Shown piece by piece: positions 26,668 through 40,172 of a stretch of DNA of 64,000 nt (position 1 is its first letter; the number at the start of each line of letters is the position of its first letter). The translations under genes were made by a program, and so were the position numbers. The stretch lies in NCBI RefSeq assembly GCF_006345805.1, contig NC_043012.1:8618001-8682000 (forward strand), read 5' to 3'. The stretch is from Octopus sinensis. Lineage: Eukaryota. The notes beneath the pieces were generated by a model that saw only the letters and a list, made by a program, of their open reading frames with translations, was not told where the DNA came from and ran no database searches.

Positions 26668-26851
26668 CTATATATATATATACATACATATATATATACA
26701 TACATATATACATACATATATACATACATATATACGTACATATATACGTACATATATACGTACATATATACGTACATATATACGTACACATATACGTACA
26801 CATATACGTACACATATACACACATATATACACACATATATACACACATAT

Positions 26852-26882
<31 letters not shown>

Positions 26883-26936
26883 CATACATACATATATACA
26901 TACATACATATATACATACATACATATATATATATA
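26668..26936. repeat. Compound (AT)/(ATAC)/12-bp/10-bp microsatellite
   Basis: Graded units such as TACATATATACG; source of several spurious YIYV/CTYI ORFs. Confidence 0.9.
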
Positions 26937-28183
26937 CTGGGATGGTCATGACAGGAATGGCTTTCATCATATAAGTTAGTTCAATCAAGGCTGACTTGGA
27001 AGTACAGAACACCAACGTGAGTATGATTCATCCAAAAGGACATGGGAAACTCATAAAAATGTTCTCATTGAGTGACTTGACACGAAACCCTGCCAACCCA
27101 CGCAGTCACCTGCTCCATCCACATGCACACAATAAACAAGTTTCAAATTCTAGCACAAGGCCCGCAGGTTTGGGGAGGGGCCAAGTTAATAAAATCAATT
27201 CCAATTTTCAACTGGTACTGATTTTATCGCCTTCAAAAGGATGAAAAGTCAAATCAACCACGGCATATAATACCATCATACATTGGCTGGCTTTCGTATA
27301 ATTTAGGCTTTTTTTTTTTAAACAAAAAACAAGCAGTGCCCCAGGGTGGTTACAGTCCAAGCCAATATCAGTAATTACACCGGGCTCCATCTTTTTAAAA
27401 GAAGATTTCTAAATAAATATGAAACAAGTACCTCAGATAATCTGATAAATTCTTGATAAACATTGTTAGCGAGAATGGTAAAATGGTTGGGAAAGGAAAA
27501 AATTAGGCTGAGCCAATCATTATTATTATTATGATGACATAGTTTGGAAAATTATAGAAAAATAAACAGAAATGAATGTAAACAGTCGCTGCCATTCTCA
27601 CCAATTCTACAGACATTGGAACAACGAAGCACAGCGTGTGTGTGTGTGTGATGAAGAGACTGGTTAAACCTTGGAAAGGATTATTTTGATTCCTCACAAC
27701 ACATTAAGACTACATTATATATACCTATGTGTATGTGTTTGTGTATACACGCACTTACGTACAGGGTGCACATAAATTACTTATACAAGTTCCACGACTG
27801 TGTTTATTTAAAGTTGAGATCCATCAATCAACTTCTATGAAGTGTTCTGATGTTTTTAATAAAACTTTTATCTCCTTGCCTATGTTTTGAAATAAACTGA
27901 TGAGTTATCCATATTTTTCGTTTTCTTTTTCTGAATTTTTCAAATTGTAAACGTTAGCTTATGGGACTATATATATATATATATATATATATAGATATAT
28001 ATATATATATATATATATCCATGAGTAAACACATAAATTTGTGAAACAAGGTGGAAAAAAGAGTACTCAAATACCAGAGGTAGAGTAATATGCTTTATTT
28101 AAAAGCATATTTTTAACAAAACTGTCCGACGAACGGGAACGTGAAACTCCGAGTAACAGCTTTTGTTAAATTTCTGCTGCTTT

Positions 28184-28245
<62 letters not shown>

Positions 28246-28441
28246 TACATACATACACACAGGTACATATATATGTACGTATGAGTTTCAATATGCGAGG
28301 GTAATTGCCTGTATTATCGGTGGTGCTCAACCTGGGTCCATGTGACCCTTGTGGGGTGGGGGCCCCACATAAGATTTTGCCATTAAAATTTATGCGCAAT
28401 AATATGGTTGTACTTCTACAATACACAAAACAATTTTGATA

Positions 28442-28473
<32 letters not shown>

Positions 28474-28935
28474 CACAATTCCTAATAATATTTAATTATA
28501 AAAATAGGATTATTGAAATGGCTATGGGGTAGGCTGGGGTGGGGTCCACCCGACTAAAATAGGAATGAATGAGGGTTCATAGGTAATAATAAAGAATAAA
28601 ATTTAAATGGTTGAGAACCACTGACAGACATGAAGCTATGTCTGTATCGTGTGTGTGTGAGTAGCAAATAATCCTTTGAAATTAAGGAAGCATCACCAAG
28701 AGAAGAAGAGAGATTTCATGGTGAGAAGCGAAGGAAAACACTGCAGGGCTGAGATTCTTGGAGAAATGTTGTTTACATGAAGAATGAGAAACAAAGAACA
28801 CAATATATGGTAAAAGATATATAACAGAAGAATGTGTATTATATATTAAATAGCCATTCTGAATAATAGTGATATATATATATGGTTATCAAAAGCGATG
28901 TGGAAATGGAAGTGGAATAATAATAAAAGACTTAC

Positions 28936-28995
28936 CCAAAACAACAAACAGAGAATCAATAGGCAGCACTTGGACATCTTTGTGCTCAAAGACAT
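28936..28995 (-). CDS. TSPAN3: Tetraspanin (TSPAN3-like) coding exon 1, MSLSTKMSKCCLLILCLLFW
   Basis: ATG at 28995-28993, 20 codons, ends TGG|GTAAG (phase 0). Resembles the TSPAN3 N-terminus (..KTVLVFLNLIFW) and joins exon 2 in frame. Confidence 0.8.
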
Positions 28996-29491
28996 TCTTC
29001 AACTGGCGAAAAAGTCAGCAATGATTATTCAGTAATGGTCAGACAGTAGCAGTACTAGTACTAGTAGTACTACTACTAGATAGATGTTAGTGCTTATTAT
29101 GTGGAGTGAGAGAGAGAGAGAAAGGGAGAGAGGATGGAATTAATCGATGACAACGTTCGATGATAAGAAACGGAGTGAAAAAGATTTTTGCCAGACTTTT
29201 GTGACGTTGTTTTACTCACGTGACAACTACATTGCTTCACGAACCTCTCCGGAAACAAACATTACGTCGTTTCTATCGACTTTTTCGAAAAATCACTATT
29301 ATTATTAATATTGGTATTAGTTTTAATACTAGATAGTTAACTAACTAAAATAAAGATATTTCGTCAAAATTAATAATGTGCTAAAAAAAAAAGAAAAATC
29401 TCGCTAACCTAGATATCATTCCCATGATGCACTAGGTCTATCTTTCCCGTTCAGCCATATTCTTCTATCAGACATCGTTCGTCTCTCCAAG
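28996..29491. promoter_or_regulatory. Shared bidirectional promoter and 5' UTR region between the tetraspanin and ATP5F1A
   Basis: Divergent ATGs 496 bp apart; CpG-retaining; TCACGTGA E-box at 29216-29223; ZNF143/Staf-like TTCCCATGATGCACTAGG at 29419-29436. Confidence 0.7.
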
Positions 29492-29551
29492 ATGTTAGCT
29501 GCACGGGTCACTGCCACTCTTGCCAGGAATCTTCCAAGGGCAGCCACTAAG
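29492..29551 (+). CDS. ATP5F1A: ATP synthase F1 alpha exon 1 (mitochondrial presequence MLAARVTATLARNLPRAATK)
   Basis: ATG, 60 bp, AAG|GTATGG. Arg-rich peptide without acidic residues, typical of a presequence. Confidence 0.88.
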
Positions 29552-30501
29552 GTATGGATGCAATAAATACTTAATAATTATTCTAACATTACCTTTTAAT
29601 AACATTCAATTTAGCACTTGTAATCGACATAAGACCTTATAATCCGGTGATACGTCGGTCTAAAAAAGCCTTCTTCCACCAAATCTTCTTACAATGGCTT
29701 TTATCACCGTTTATTTCTTTATAAAGCCTCCACATTTTTACAATTACTCGTTTATTTTTACATCAGTTCTCTTCTCTCATTGCTTATAGATCCCTCTTTA
29801 AATTCAAACCTGTGAATTTCCATCATATCCACTCCCCTTTCGTTAATTATGGAGTCTATTCGTCCTCTTTTTAACCTTGTATGAAGGTCAGGGTAGAAAA
29901 ATTAAACAATCAGCCTTTTATTTTAATTAATACATAACATTTATGTGTGTGCATTAAATAAATACTTGCTTTTATTGAAGTGGAATATTACATTTTATGC
30001 AATTATCAATATAAAATCTAAATCTTCCTTCGAAATCCCATCATATAAGTTCCTTCGCCATGTGCGTGTATAATTAATTTACATCGTTAATTAGATAAAT
30101 ACATAATATAAAATAACCTCTGGAAGATGCCACCATTCGACATTCTATAATTCTGTTCTGCTGCATTTATTGAAGCAACAGCAGAAGTTTAAACTCGAAG
30201 CACTTCCATCTGAAGGATGCTCTGTGTTTTAGTGTAAAATTTGAAATCGTGGATAAAGTGTTATATTTAATCTACTGTATTATTATTATAATAATTATAT
30301 TCCCTCGAAACAAAGTGAGTGCTTTAATTTGTATTCATGAAACCTCTTAAAAAGTTTCCCCTTTGTCTGCAACCCAAGAAATGTATCCATTATCTTAAGA
30401 CATTGCTGTGTCATTCAAACTTGTCCTCTTTTTAACATTCATTTGAAGAAGACGGGGCACAAAAGACTGAACCATCCCTCCTTCCTTCAATTTAGCTTTT
30501 A

Positions 30502-30560
<59 letters not shown>

Positions 30561-32443
30561 ATGGTTCTAATAACATTAGTAACTTGGTGGTAGTTGTGCT
30601 GCTTACAGATCGAAACCGCATTACAGATTCTGTCTGTCTTTATATCTGCATACATTATGCGATGTCTAGCTGCCCTGATTAAGCATATGATCAAAACATT
30701 CTAAACGTGACCTTCACTTTTAAAATTTTTTTATTTTTCTGGTTATAGTTCATCTAAGGTTAGGTTATCTAATGTGTCTTCTTCTCCTTGGGGTGCTATG
30801 TTATGTGGTGTGAGCTTTTCTGATATTTATAGCAGATCGAGTTTACCACGTACACAGCCTTTCCTCCTCCTTGATGTGACCCGGCAACGTTGCCAGCGTG
30901 GATGGATGGATGGATGTTGCTGCAGTCAACGGATATTTTTCTTTATTAGACATGTTGATCGGTCAACATTGACATGGAGGTAGTTGTGGCGTTCATGCAT
31001 ATGCCAAGGGCATTGCTGTGTTTGATTTGTGCTTCAGGGTTAATTATAAATGAGGGTTTACTCAGATTTAATAATCTAACGTGATGTACTACTACAAATC
31101 TACGGTTGCTTATACTCATAACTTTGACGAGTATTTAAGACATATCGTATATAGCTACTACCAAGGTGACCATTATGTCACCTTGGGATTATATGTAAAC
31201 ATCCCCTATTTCTCAGTCATTTGATCCCCAAAAGACTGACCACGAACTGAAAAACTATTTGACCTTGCTACTTTTGAAATATCACAATATTGTAAATATT
31301 TACATTCTTAGTTTCAAACCTTTCTGGTGTTGATTGCTTCTTTAGTCATTTTACAAAATCAGAATATATTTAACAATGAGCGGAGTTTGCTCCCAGGTCG
31401 TTGAATCTGCAAACTAAAGTTACTAATGTCCTTGACAGCATGAACATCACAACATACACCCCTGTTTTATGCCGAATATTGTTGTTTCGATTTACACAAC
31501 GTATATATTTCCCCATGTTTGTAGGTGTTTGGTGAGTGTCGAATGCTTCTCTCTCTCTCTCTCTCTGTTCTATCATTTAAAGGTCACTTTAACCTCTGTA
31601 TATTTCTGACAAACAACAGTTATGCGATACAGTGGAGTAGTTCACCTAAACACATACATAATAGAGGTTTTGCCAAAACTGATTAATTCAATATTTTGAC
31701 TGTTTGCTACAAGGGGAGTGTATATTGATGTCACAGACAAGAGTCTTCTGTATGCATAAAATCAGTGTTTGCTTTCAATTCGATTGGTAGAGAGGTGGAC
31801 AAGATACTTTGCTGTATTCATTTAAATCACTTCACATTCCTGGTTCAAATCCCCATCAAGATTGACTTTAGTATGTTTTAATTGACTCTAAAAAATGAAA
31901 GGCAGTTAAATTTGGAGTCAATAAACTCAACTCTACTCTGGCACCAAAATGTTTAACCTTTCATTTAATCCATGCCATTATTAATGTTGTCTTACACAAT
32001 TGTTCCTTTTTATGTTCTTTGTCTTTGATGCTGGCATGCATTGGAGGAATACCTTATTAATGTATTGTTTTACAGCCAAATGTCCTTCCTGGCATTGACC
32101 CTTGTTTTTAAAGTAAGAGTTCTCTTATTCCACATCATTGAAAGCATAGAGTGGACAAACAAGTTATTATCGGTACAAGTACAAATAACATCACCAGTTA
32201 AACCTGATGACTTTCAAATAAGCAGTCCCAGGTATAAACACATGCATGCAGACACAGTATTTATACGTATTCAACTAGCTTCTTTTTGGTTTCCAAATTC
32301 TCCCACTTTTTGCTGTGCATTTGGGACTCAACCAAAATCATGTTGCAATTGGGACTCAACCAAAGTCATGTTATATAAAATGTGAGAATGTTTTTTTGTT
32401 TCTTGTTTTTTAATATATTGATTGAATTCGTTCCTCCTTTTAG

Positions 32444-32519
32444 GTCTGCACCAATGCCCTTGGAGCTGGCGCTATTGCGATCAGGAAATTCTCTGCCACC
32501 ACACCCTCTAGGGCTGCTG
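32444..32519 (+). CDS. ATP5F1A: ATP5F1A exon 2 (VCTNALGAGAIAIRKFSATTPSRAA)
   Basis: TTTTAG|GTC...GCTG|GTAAGT, 76 bp; phase 0 to 1 fits both neighbours. Confidence 0.85.
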
Positions 32520-34006
32520 GTAAGTGTTAATAACTCCTTGACCTATGCCAAAGGGAGTTGGTCCTCTCTTGATGGTTGATGTTATAGGGTAGTCGTGAAC
32601 AAATTGTATCCCACAAGAATTTCTGCACCAGACAATAAATTACCTTGAGTTTTAATAATGCAATCCACCTGATGAGGGACCATGCGTCGAGCAGCCTACT
32701 TCTCAGGAAAGGTCGCACATGTCTTACAGGGGTATAGTTAATTAAGCCAAGCATGGCATCACAGGATGTATAGCTATAACCCTGTGAACGTTTATGTGAA
32801 ACTGGGGGTTGATAAAATATTGTGAAAGTAATTATCTAAAAATCTATTGAAGACATGGCTATGAGATTTAAAGTCCTTCATAATGGAACTAATTATTTTG
32901 GTCACAGAATTATACAGGATTCTGTTGGTAAGGATAATGATTTACACTCATATTTAAGGTGCTGACTGTTAAACTCAAAAGTAATATTTTGATGACTTCA
33001 ATCTGCTTAATCTTCAGTTTTGGATTTATCCATTGAATGTCAGATTAAGGGCATTGATCCATTGCAATCCTGCAGTGTTGACATCCTTTCCACTAAACTT
33101 TTGTGGGAAATGTTCATATTTTAGCAGTCATCAAAGCTTGAAGTCTATCTTTGTTTTATTATTAAACTGTCAGGTGGTTAGTGGCAAGTCAAAATAGACA
33201 TGAAGGTGTCCATGTATGAATGCTGTTGGAAGTGTTTGGTTTCTAACCCTCTTCATGTCATTGGAATATATTTCTGTTTCAGTGCTACATATTTCAAAAA
33301 AAATTTCATTTGGAAATTCAGGAATGTTTCATGTAAAATAGAAGTGTCTGGTAATTAAGTACATAGGTATGGTGATGAGCTGGCAGTCATTAGTTTTGAG
33401 GGTGGAGAGAGAATGTTTTTGCAGTATTTCTTCCTGCTTTTTACATCTGGAGTTCAAATCCTGTCAAGGTCAACTTAGCCTTTTGTCTGTCCATGGTTGA
33501 TAAAAACACCAGTCTGCTACTAGGATCATTCTCATGTTCTGCTCCCCTCAAAATCGTTAGCCACGTGGCTAAATCAGAAAATATTAACCCTTTGGTGTTT
33601 AAACCATCCATGTCTGGCTGAAATATTTTGTGCTTTTTATGTTACAACTGGCCAGATCAGGTCTTTTACACCTGCCCTCAAATGTCATTCTGAAAATGAA
33701 TAATCAAATCAAAATCTGAAAGCTACACAATGATACATGATTAATTCAAAATGGTGTGAATGAATAAGCATTGCATTTGACAGAATAATCTGAATGCTAA
33801 TGGTTTAAATATTTGGTGATGCTACTTTAGCCTCATCTAACCAACTGAACTAACTCATTTCATCAACATAATTCAATAAAAATATTTTCATTATTCATTA
33901 GACCCATTACATTATTATTATTTAAAAACAAATTTTTTTTGTACATTTTGCTAATAATTTCTGTTGAAATGTTTCATTCACTGGTAGAGTATCTAATTCT
34001 TTATAG

Positions 34007-34173
34007 GTGCTGAGGTCTCTTCAATCCTTGAAGAGAGAATCCTTGGTCAATCTGCTAAAGCAGACCTTGAAGAAACTGGCAAAGTCTTATCAATTGGTGA
34101 TGGTATTGCCCGTGTCTATGGACTGAAGAATATCCAGGCTGAGGAGATGGTAGAGTTCTCCAGTGGCCTTAAG
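34007..34173 (+). CDS. ATP5F1A: ATP5F1A exon 3
   Basis: [13 protein letters not shown]...[26 protein letters not shown]; AG/GT boundaries. Confidence 0.97.
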
Positions 34174-35367
34174 GTATGTTTCCATTTCTATTATTGATGA
34201 TTTTGTGGTGGGGGAACAAAGGAATGTCACTCATGTCAAGTCTTTGTAAACCATAGAGGCTTGTATGCTTGTTAGGATTAGTTGTACCAGTAATATAATG
34301 AGGAATGCGTATCAGTCATTTGACTGCAGCCATGCTGGAGCACTGCTTTTAGTCGAACAATTCGACGCCAGGACTTAATTCTTTGTAAGCCTAATACATA
34401 TTCTATCAGTTTCTTTTGCCGAACCACTAATTTACAGGGACGTAAACACACCATCAGTTGTCAAGTGATGGTGAGGGGTTAAACACACGAGCTTCTTTCA
34501 GTTTCCGTCTACCAAATCAACTCAAATCTTTGATCGGCCTTAGGCTATAGTAAAAGACACCCAAGGCACTTTGAGTGCCCTTCATGGAGTCTACTCTGTT
34601 ACAAGCATTTCAGACGAGCTCTTAAATTTGAGGATAGATACCTCTCTTCCGCCAGTCCTGAAGGCCTGGTAAAGGATCAGTGGAACTGCTTCTTTTTTTT
34701 TTTTTTCTTATTAAAAGTTTTAAAATGTTTGAGTCTCCATTAATGTTTACTGTATTTCTGTCTAAGTAGGACATTCTGCATATTTATACTACATAAAAAT
34801 ATGTAGGCCAAATAGCTTTGTTAATCCATCGCTAAATGTATTTAATTGGTGAGATCCATCTCATATGAAGTTAGTGTTTTCCTGGTGTGTTATGGCTCCA
34901 GGGAGCTAAATATTTGCTGCCAGAGCTTAGATTTTATCTTACCCTCTTTCTTCAGTTACTCCTCTCGGTGAACTTAAAATTTAATATCTCAGACCCTCTT
35001 CGTCCTAATTATCACCCATAGATTGTAGTACCAAGCTCTAATTGTGGAAGGGGTAGACCCAGGAAGATGTGGGACAAAGTTGTGTGACAGGGTCTTCAGA
35101 TGCTGGGCCTCACTAAGGAACTGGGAGATGTGGCGATTTGCTGTACTTGATAAGATACATCAAGCTAAATATAATCAGTGTCTTCCACACACAGAAGTTT
35201 GTCCTCTCAGGTGCCAATGCTACTTAAAAGGCACCCAGCACACTGTTAAGTGATTGGCATTAAGATGAGCAACCAGCCATAGAAACCATTCCACAACAGA
35301 CAGTCAAAGTGTAGGCAGCTCCATGTCAAACCGTCCAGCCCATGCCAGCATGGAAAGTGGATATTAA

Positions 35368-35587
35368 CCCTTTTGTTACCAACCCGGCTGAAACTGGTTC
35401 TGGTTTTGAGTACAAATGTCTTGTTTTCAATAGTTTTGAATTAAAATCTTCCACCAAACCTTAGTCGCAATTTATGTTCATAACACTAGCTGAATGATAA
35501 CTGGGTTATTTTACTAAATTCTTTGTAATATTTAAAGTAATTGAAAGAAATACAGAGCATCTCAAAACAAATACAGTAACGAAAGGG
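35368..35587. mobile_element. Second piggyBac-type MITE family, inserted into the TTAA of a SINE tail
   Basis: TTAA|CCCTTTTGTTAC...GTAACGAAAGGG|TTAA. A split copy lies at about 46510-47210. Confidence 0.8.
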
Positions 35588-35746
35588 TTAAACAATGATG
35601 ATGATTATCCAATGTTAACTAGACAGTAAAATAAGTGAACAAGTTTTCTCTTAATTATCTTTAACTTAAATGTCATTAATTAGCCATGAAACAGAATTGT
35701 GACAAATAGTTTCTATTTTAACCTTTTGTTTTTAAATTTGATTTAG

Positions 35747-35920
35747 GGTATGGCTCTGAACTTGGAACCTGATAACGTTGGTGTTGTCGTCTTTGGTAAC
35801 GACAAACTGATTAAAGAAGGTGACATTGTGAAAAGAACTGGAGCCATTGTCGATGTTCCTGTTGGACCAGAGCTTCTTGGTCGTGTTGTTGATGCTTTGG
35901 GTAACGTCATTGATGGAAAG
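35747..35920 (+). CDS. ATP5F1A: ATP5F1A exon 4
   Basis: [19 protein letters not shown]...[10 protein letters not shown], 174 bp. Confidence 0.97.
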
Positions 35921-36429
35921 GTCAGTGTCTCATCTATTTTCTATTTGATGTACAGTAATCACTCACCATATTGCGATTCACCTATTGCACAGGTTTTTGG
36001 CTAATATATGCAAATTTATGTCGGAGATTTTTGCGGCCAATACGTATTTATATCTTTTTAGATTTTAATTATTTCTGTGGTAAAATAAGCATTTTTATGC
36101 CTAAGAATTAATACAGGAAAATGCAGTACAGTAACACATTAATTAAAATATATTAAAACAAAAAAATGTAGTGTACTGTAGAAGAGAAAATGAAACTTGG
36201 GAAGAAAGTGTGTGGTGGTGTTTTGCATTTATAATAAAATATACAGTACTGTTTCTACTTCGTGGATGGGGTGGGGATTGGAACATAACACCTGCAATAA
36301 TCGAGGAATTACTGTATAGCCATTAATAACACTAATAGTAGACATTAACGTTTGTGTCTAATGTTTAAATTTGAAGATGGCCATCATTTTATTTGATTAT
36401 ATCTAATACATCCCTTTTAAACTTTCCAG

Positions 36430-36596
36430 GGCAATTTGACTTCTCCTAAGCGTGCTCGTGTCGGTATAAAAGCCCCAGGTATCATTCCTAGGATATCTGT
36501 ACGCGAGCCCATGCAAACTGGCATCAAAGCTGTTGATAGCTTGGTCCCTATTGGCCGAGGTCAGCGAGAGTTGATCATTGGTGACAGGCAGACTGG
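36430..36596 (+). CDS. ATP5F1A: ATP5F1A exon 5 (includes the start of Walker A, GDRQTG)
   Basis: [43 protein letters not shown], 167 bp. Confidence 0.97.
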
Positions 36597-36726
36597 GTAA
36601 GTTCCGTGTTGGATTCATATTCTGATTCCTGTTAGCATTATTTAATAATGTAGCTTCTGCATGTTAATTGATCTCCCTACAGAATTGTTCAGCAATCTTA
36701 AGTGAAGTTCATTGTTTCACTTCCAG

Positions 36727-36875
36727 CAAAACTGCCATTGCTATTGACACTATCATCAACCAGAAGCGTTTCAATGAGGGCACTGATGAGACCAAGAAAC
36801 TTTACTGTATTTACATTGCTATTGGCCAGAAAAGATCCACTGTAGCTCAGATTGTCAAGCGACTTACAGATGCCG
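36727..36875 (+). CDS. ATP5F1A: ATP5F1A exon 6
   Basis: [13 protein letters not shown]...[19 protein letters not shown], 149 bp. Confidence 0.97.
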
Positions 36876-36992
36876 GTAAATATCTACACTTTAAGTACTG
36901 CTGCTTGTTATTTTGATTTTAAAATAAATGGTGCTTGAAACATTGAAGCTCATTTTAAACATTTTTTTCTCTCTTTCTCTCTCACCTCCTAA

Positions 36993-37337
<345 letters not shown>

Positions 37338-38122
37338 TGAGTGTAGTGGGTGCTTTTTACGTGCCACTGGTACAGGTGCCAGACGAGGCTGGCAAACGGC
37401 CACGATCGGATGGTGCTTTCAGTGGATGGCAAAACTGGAAATTCAGATCATAATGTTCACTAGTTCAATCCTTAATGTACAACACTGAAAAGTTTCCAAG
37501 CCTAGTTGAACTCAGATGGAATAATGTCTACAAAAGGGCATTTTCTGTTTTTTACCTCTCCCCAAGGAGGTAAGGGCAGTGACCCCATGACCCTTTAGCC
37601 TCTGTGACTGATGGGGAAGGAAGGAGAGAGGAAATTCTTCAAACCAGTGACCTAGGGGATCACTAATGACACCTGGTGTTGGGTTGTGATAAGGTGGGCA
37701 GCTAATTGATTGTACTACCTACATAGGCAAAGGTAAAGGTCATAAAAGTCATACCGACTCGTAAGGGCCAGGTTCATGGCATATATATTCCCCACCTGGA
37801 CAGTACGCTGGTTCGTTGCAGGGTTAATCATTTTTGTCAGCTGAGTGGACTGGAACAACATGAAATGAAGTGGTTTGCTCAAGAACATGTAACCCAATCC
37901 AAGAATCGAAACCACAATCTTACAATCATGTGTCCGACACCCTAACCACTGAGTCACATGCTTCCACACCACCCAGGTAGGCTATGGAGGCAGGATTTAA
38001 ACTGAGAACAGGGACAGAAACCAACATTCTTACAGTTGAATTATCCTGGTTGGGGTGTGTGTGGGTGTGTGTCTTTTTATTTTCTTTTTCCTATCCCTGG
38101 AAGGATGAAAAGTAAAAGTTGA

Positions 38123-38638
<516 letters not shown>

Positions 38639-39257
38639 TAGTTACAGCTACTCTCGTGTCTTTGATCTTTGGCGTTCAGATAGTTCTGTCAAATGTAACA
38701 GTTATCTGTTCACATTGTTTTGAATTAATCATGCATTGCCTTGCTTCTCTGAGATTTCGATGATGTGTTTGCCTATTTTTAGAATGACATTGTAGGGTAG
38801 GTGTGAGGCCAGATCTGGTTATTTTGAACATAAATGAAATGGAATATCTTGTGGATATGGCCAGTTTAAATGCTAAAGGGTTACTTATAAATAAGCTAGT
38901 TGTAGCAAAGAAAGAAGAATGCCTGTCCTTTATTTAATATAAATTCATTTACCATTTTCGGTTTCATAAATAAAAACAAATGCAGAAGTTATCAAAGAAT
39001 TGTTACTAATATTATCAGTTTAATTTTTTTTCATTACTATTTTGAAAAGTAACGAATTTAGTAAAATAAGTCATTATTAAGCCAGTGTTCAGGATATAAA
39101 TTAACATGAAATTTTGACAGGTTTTTTATTCAGGTCATTTTAAAACAGGAAATGTGTATCGTAGGACCACGTAGTACCAGTTTGGTATGAAAATGATTAA
39201 GGATTATTGTTTTACAATACATAAACTTAATTAACTGTTGCTTCAATTTTTGTGCAG

Positions 39258-39402
39258 GTGGCTGGCTCTATGAAACTTGAATTGGCTCAGTATCGTGAAG
39301 TTGAAGCTTTCGCTCAGTTTGGATCTGATTTAGATCAGTCTACCCAAAACCTTTTGAACAGGGGTGTCAGGTTGACAGAGTTACTCAAACAAGGCCAATA
39401 TT
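39258..39402 (+). CDS. ATP5F1A: ATP5F1A exon 9
   Basis: [26 protein letters not shown]...[10 protein letters not shown], 145 bp. Confidence 0.97.
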
Positions 39403-39509
39403 GTAAGTAAATTTCAGTTTACAACTTATATTGATTTTCAAATCTTCAAATCTCATCACACATTAGTAACATTACATTGTTTTCTCCCTTTTCTCTTTCT
39501 TTTGTCAAG

Positions 39510-39742
39510 GTCCTATGGCTATTGAAGAACAGGTTGCAACCATTTATGCTGGTGTGAGAGGTTATTTGGACAAGTTGGAACCAAATAAGATTACTATTTT
39601 TGAGGAGCAGTTTTCTAAGCATGTGCAAGCTACCCAACAAGAGCTCTTGAAGCAGATCCGTGAAGATGGTCAAATCACACCTGAAAGTGATACCAAATTA
39701 AAAGCTGTTGTAACTGATTTCCTTTCAGGCTTCTCTCCTTAA
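39510..39742 (+). CDS. ATP5F1A: ATP5F1A exon 10 (terminal)
   Basis: [21 protein letters not shown]...[11 protein letters not shown]. The ten exons sum to 1656 bp = 551 aa plus stop. Confidence 0.96.
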
Positions 39743-39849
39743 GGCTGATGGTTTTTAGGAAAGTGAAACGGAAGAAATATTGGTTACATCATTAGTTATC
39801 ATTGAGCTGCCTCATGTTAAAACCTTCGTCTTAGATGTATGTACAGACG

Positions 39850-39861
39850 TTTATTAATAAA
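39850..39861. terminator. Polyadenylation signal of ATP5F1A (AATAAA 39856-39861) within the palindrome TTTATTAATAAA
   Basis: AATAAA about 115 bp after the stop codon; the same 12-mer also reads AATAAA on the minus strand. Confidence 0.6.
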
Positions 39862-39959
39862 TGAAAATAACTTCCAATTGTGATTTGTCTTCATTGCATC
39901 TCGCACATCATCTCAATGAAATCTGTATTCACTTGTTTGTTCATTAGCATTATTTAGAT

Positions 39960-40172
39960 CAGTAGTTTTCAACCCGGGTCCATAGAAGATTTTATTAAAA
40001 TTTGTGTACAATAGGTTATACTTCTACAATACACAAAATATTTTAATGTTTCTATACTATCCTTAATATTATAAAGGTTTTTTTTATATACTGTGAATTG
40101 CTATGGAGATCAAATAGAGTAAAAATATGGACCAAAAGGGGTCCATAGACAAAAAATGGTTGAGAACCACTG
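39960..40172. mobile_element. hAT-type MITE (CAGT(G/A)GTT..CAACC ends) with perfect 8-bp TSD
   Basis: TSD ATTTAGAT at 39952-39959 and 40173-40180. Relative at 28318-28623. Confidence 0.85.

Noticed and set aside
27586-27616. Alternative tetraspanin first exon MSVEL|GTGAGA (minus strand)
   Set aside because: In phase with exon 2, but it would delete most of TM1 and has no promoter-like context; unsupported without RNA data.
31161-31186. 10-bp perfect hairpin CCAAGGTGAC-CATTAT-GTCACCTTGG
   Set aside because: Too short for a pre-miRNA or MITE; an isolated stem of this size is plausible by chance.
32669-32675. CTGATGA in ATP5F1A intron 2 as a hammerhead core or snoRNA box
   Set aside because: No closing stem II followed by GAAA, and no convincing C/D pair with a terminal stem.
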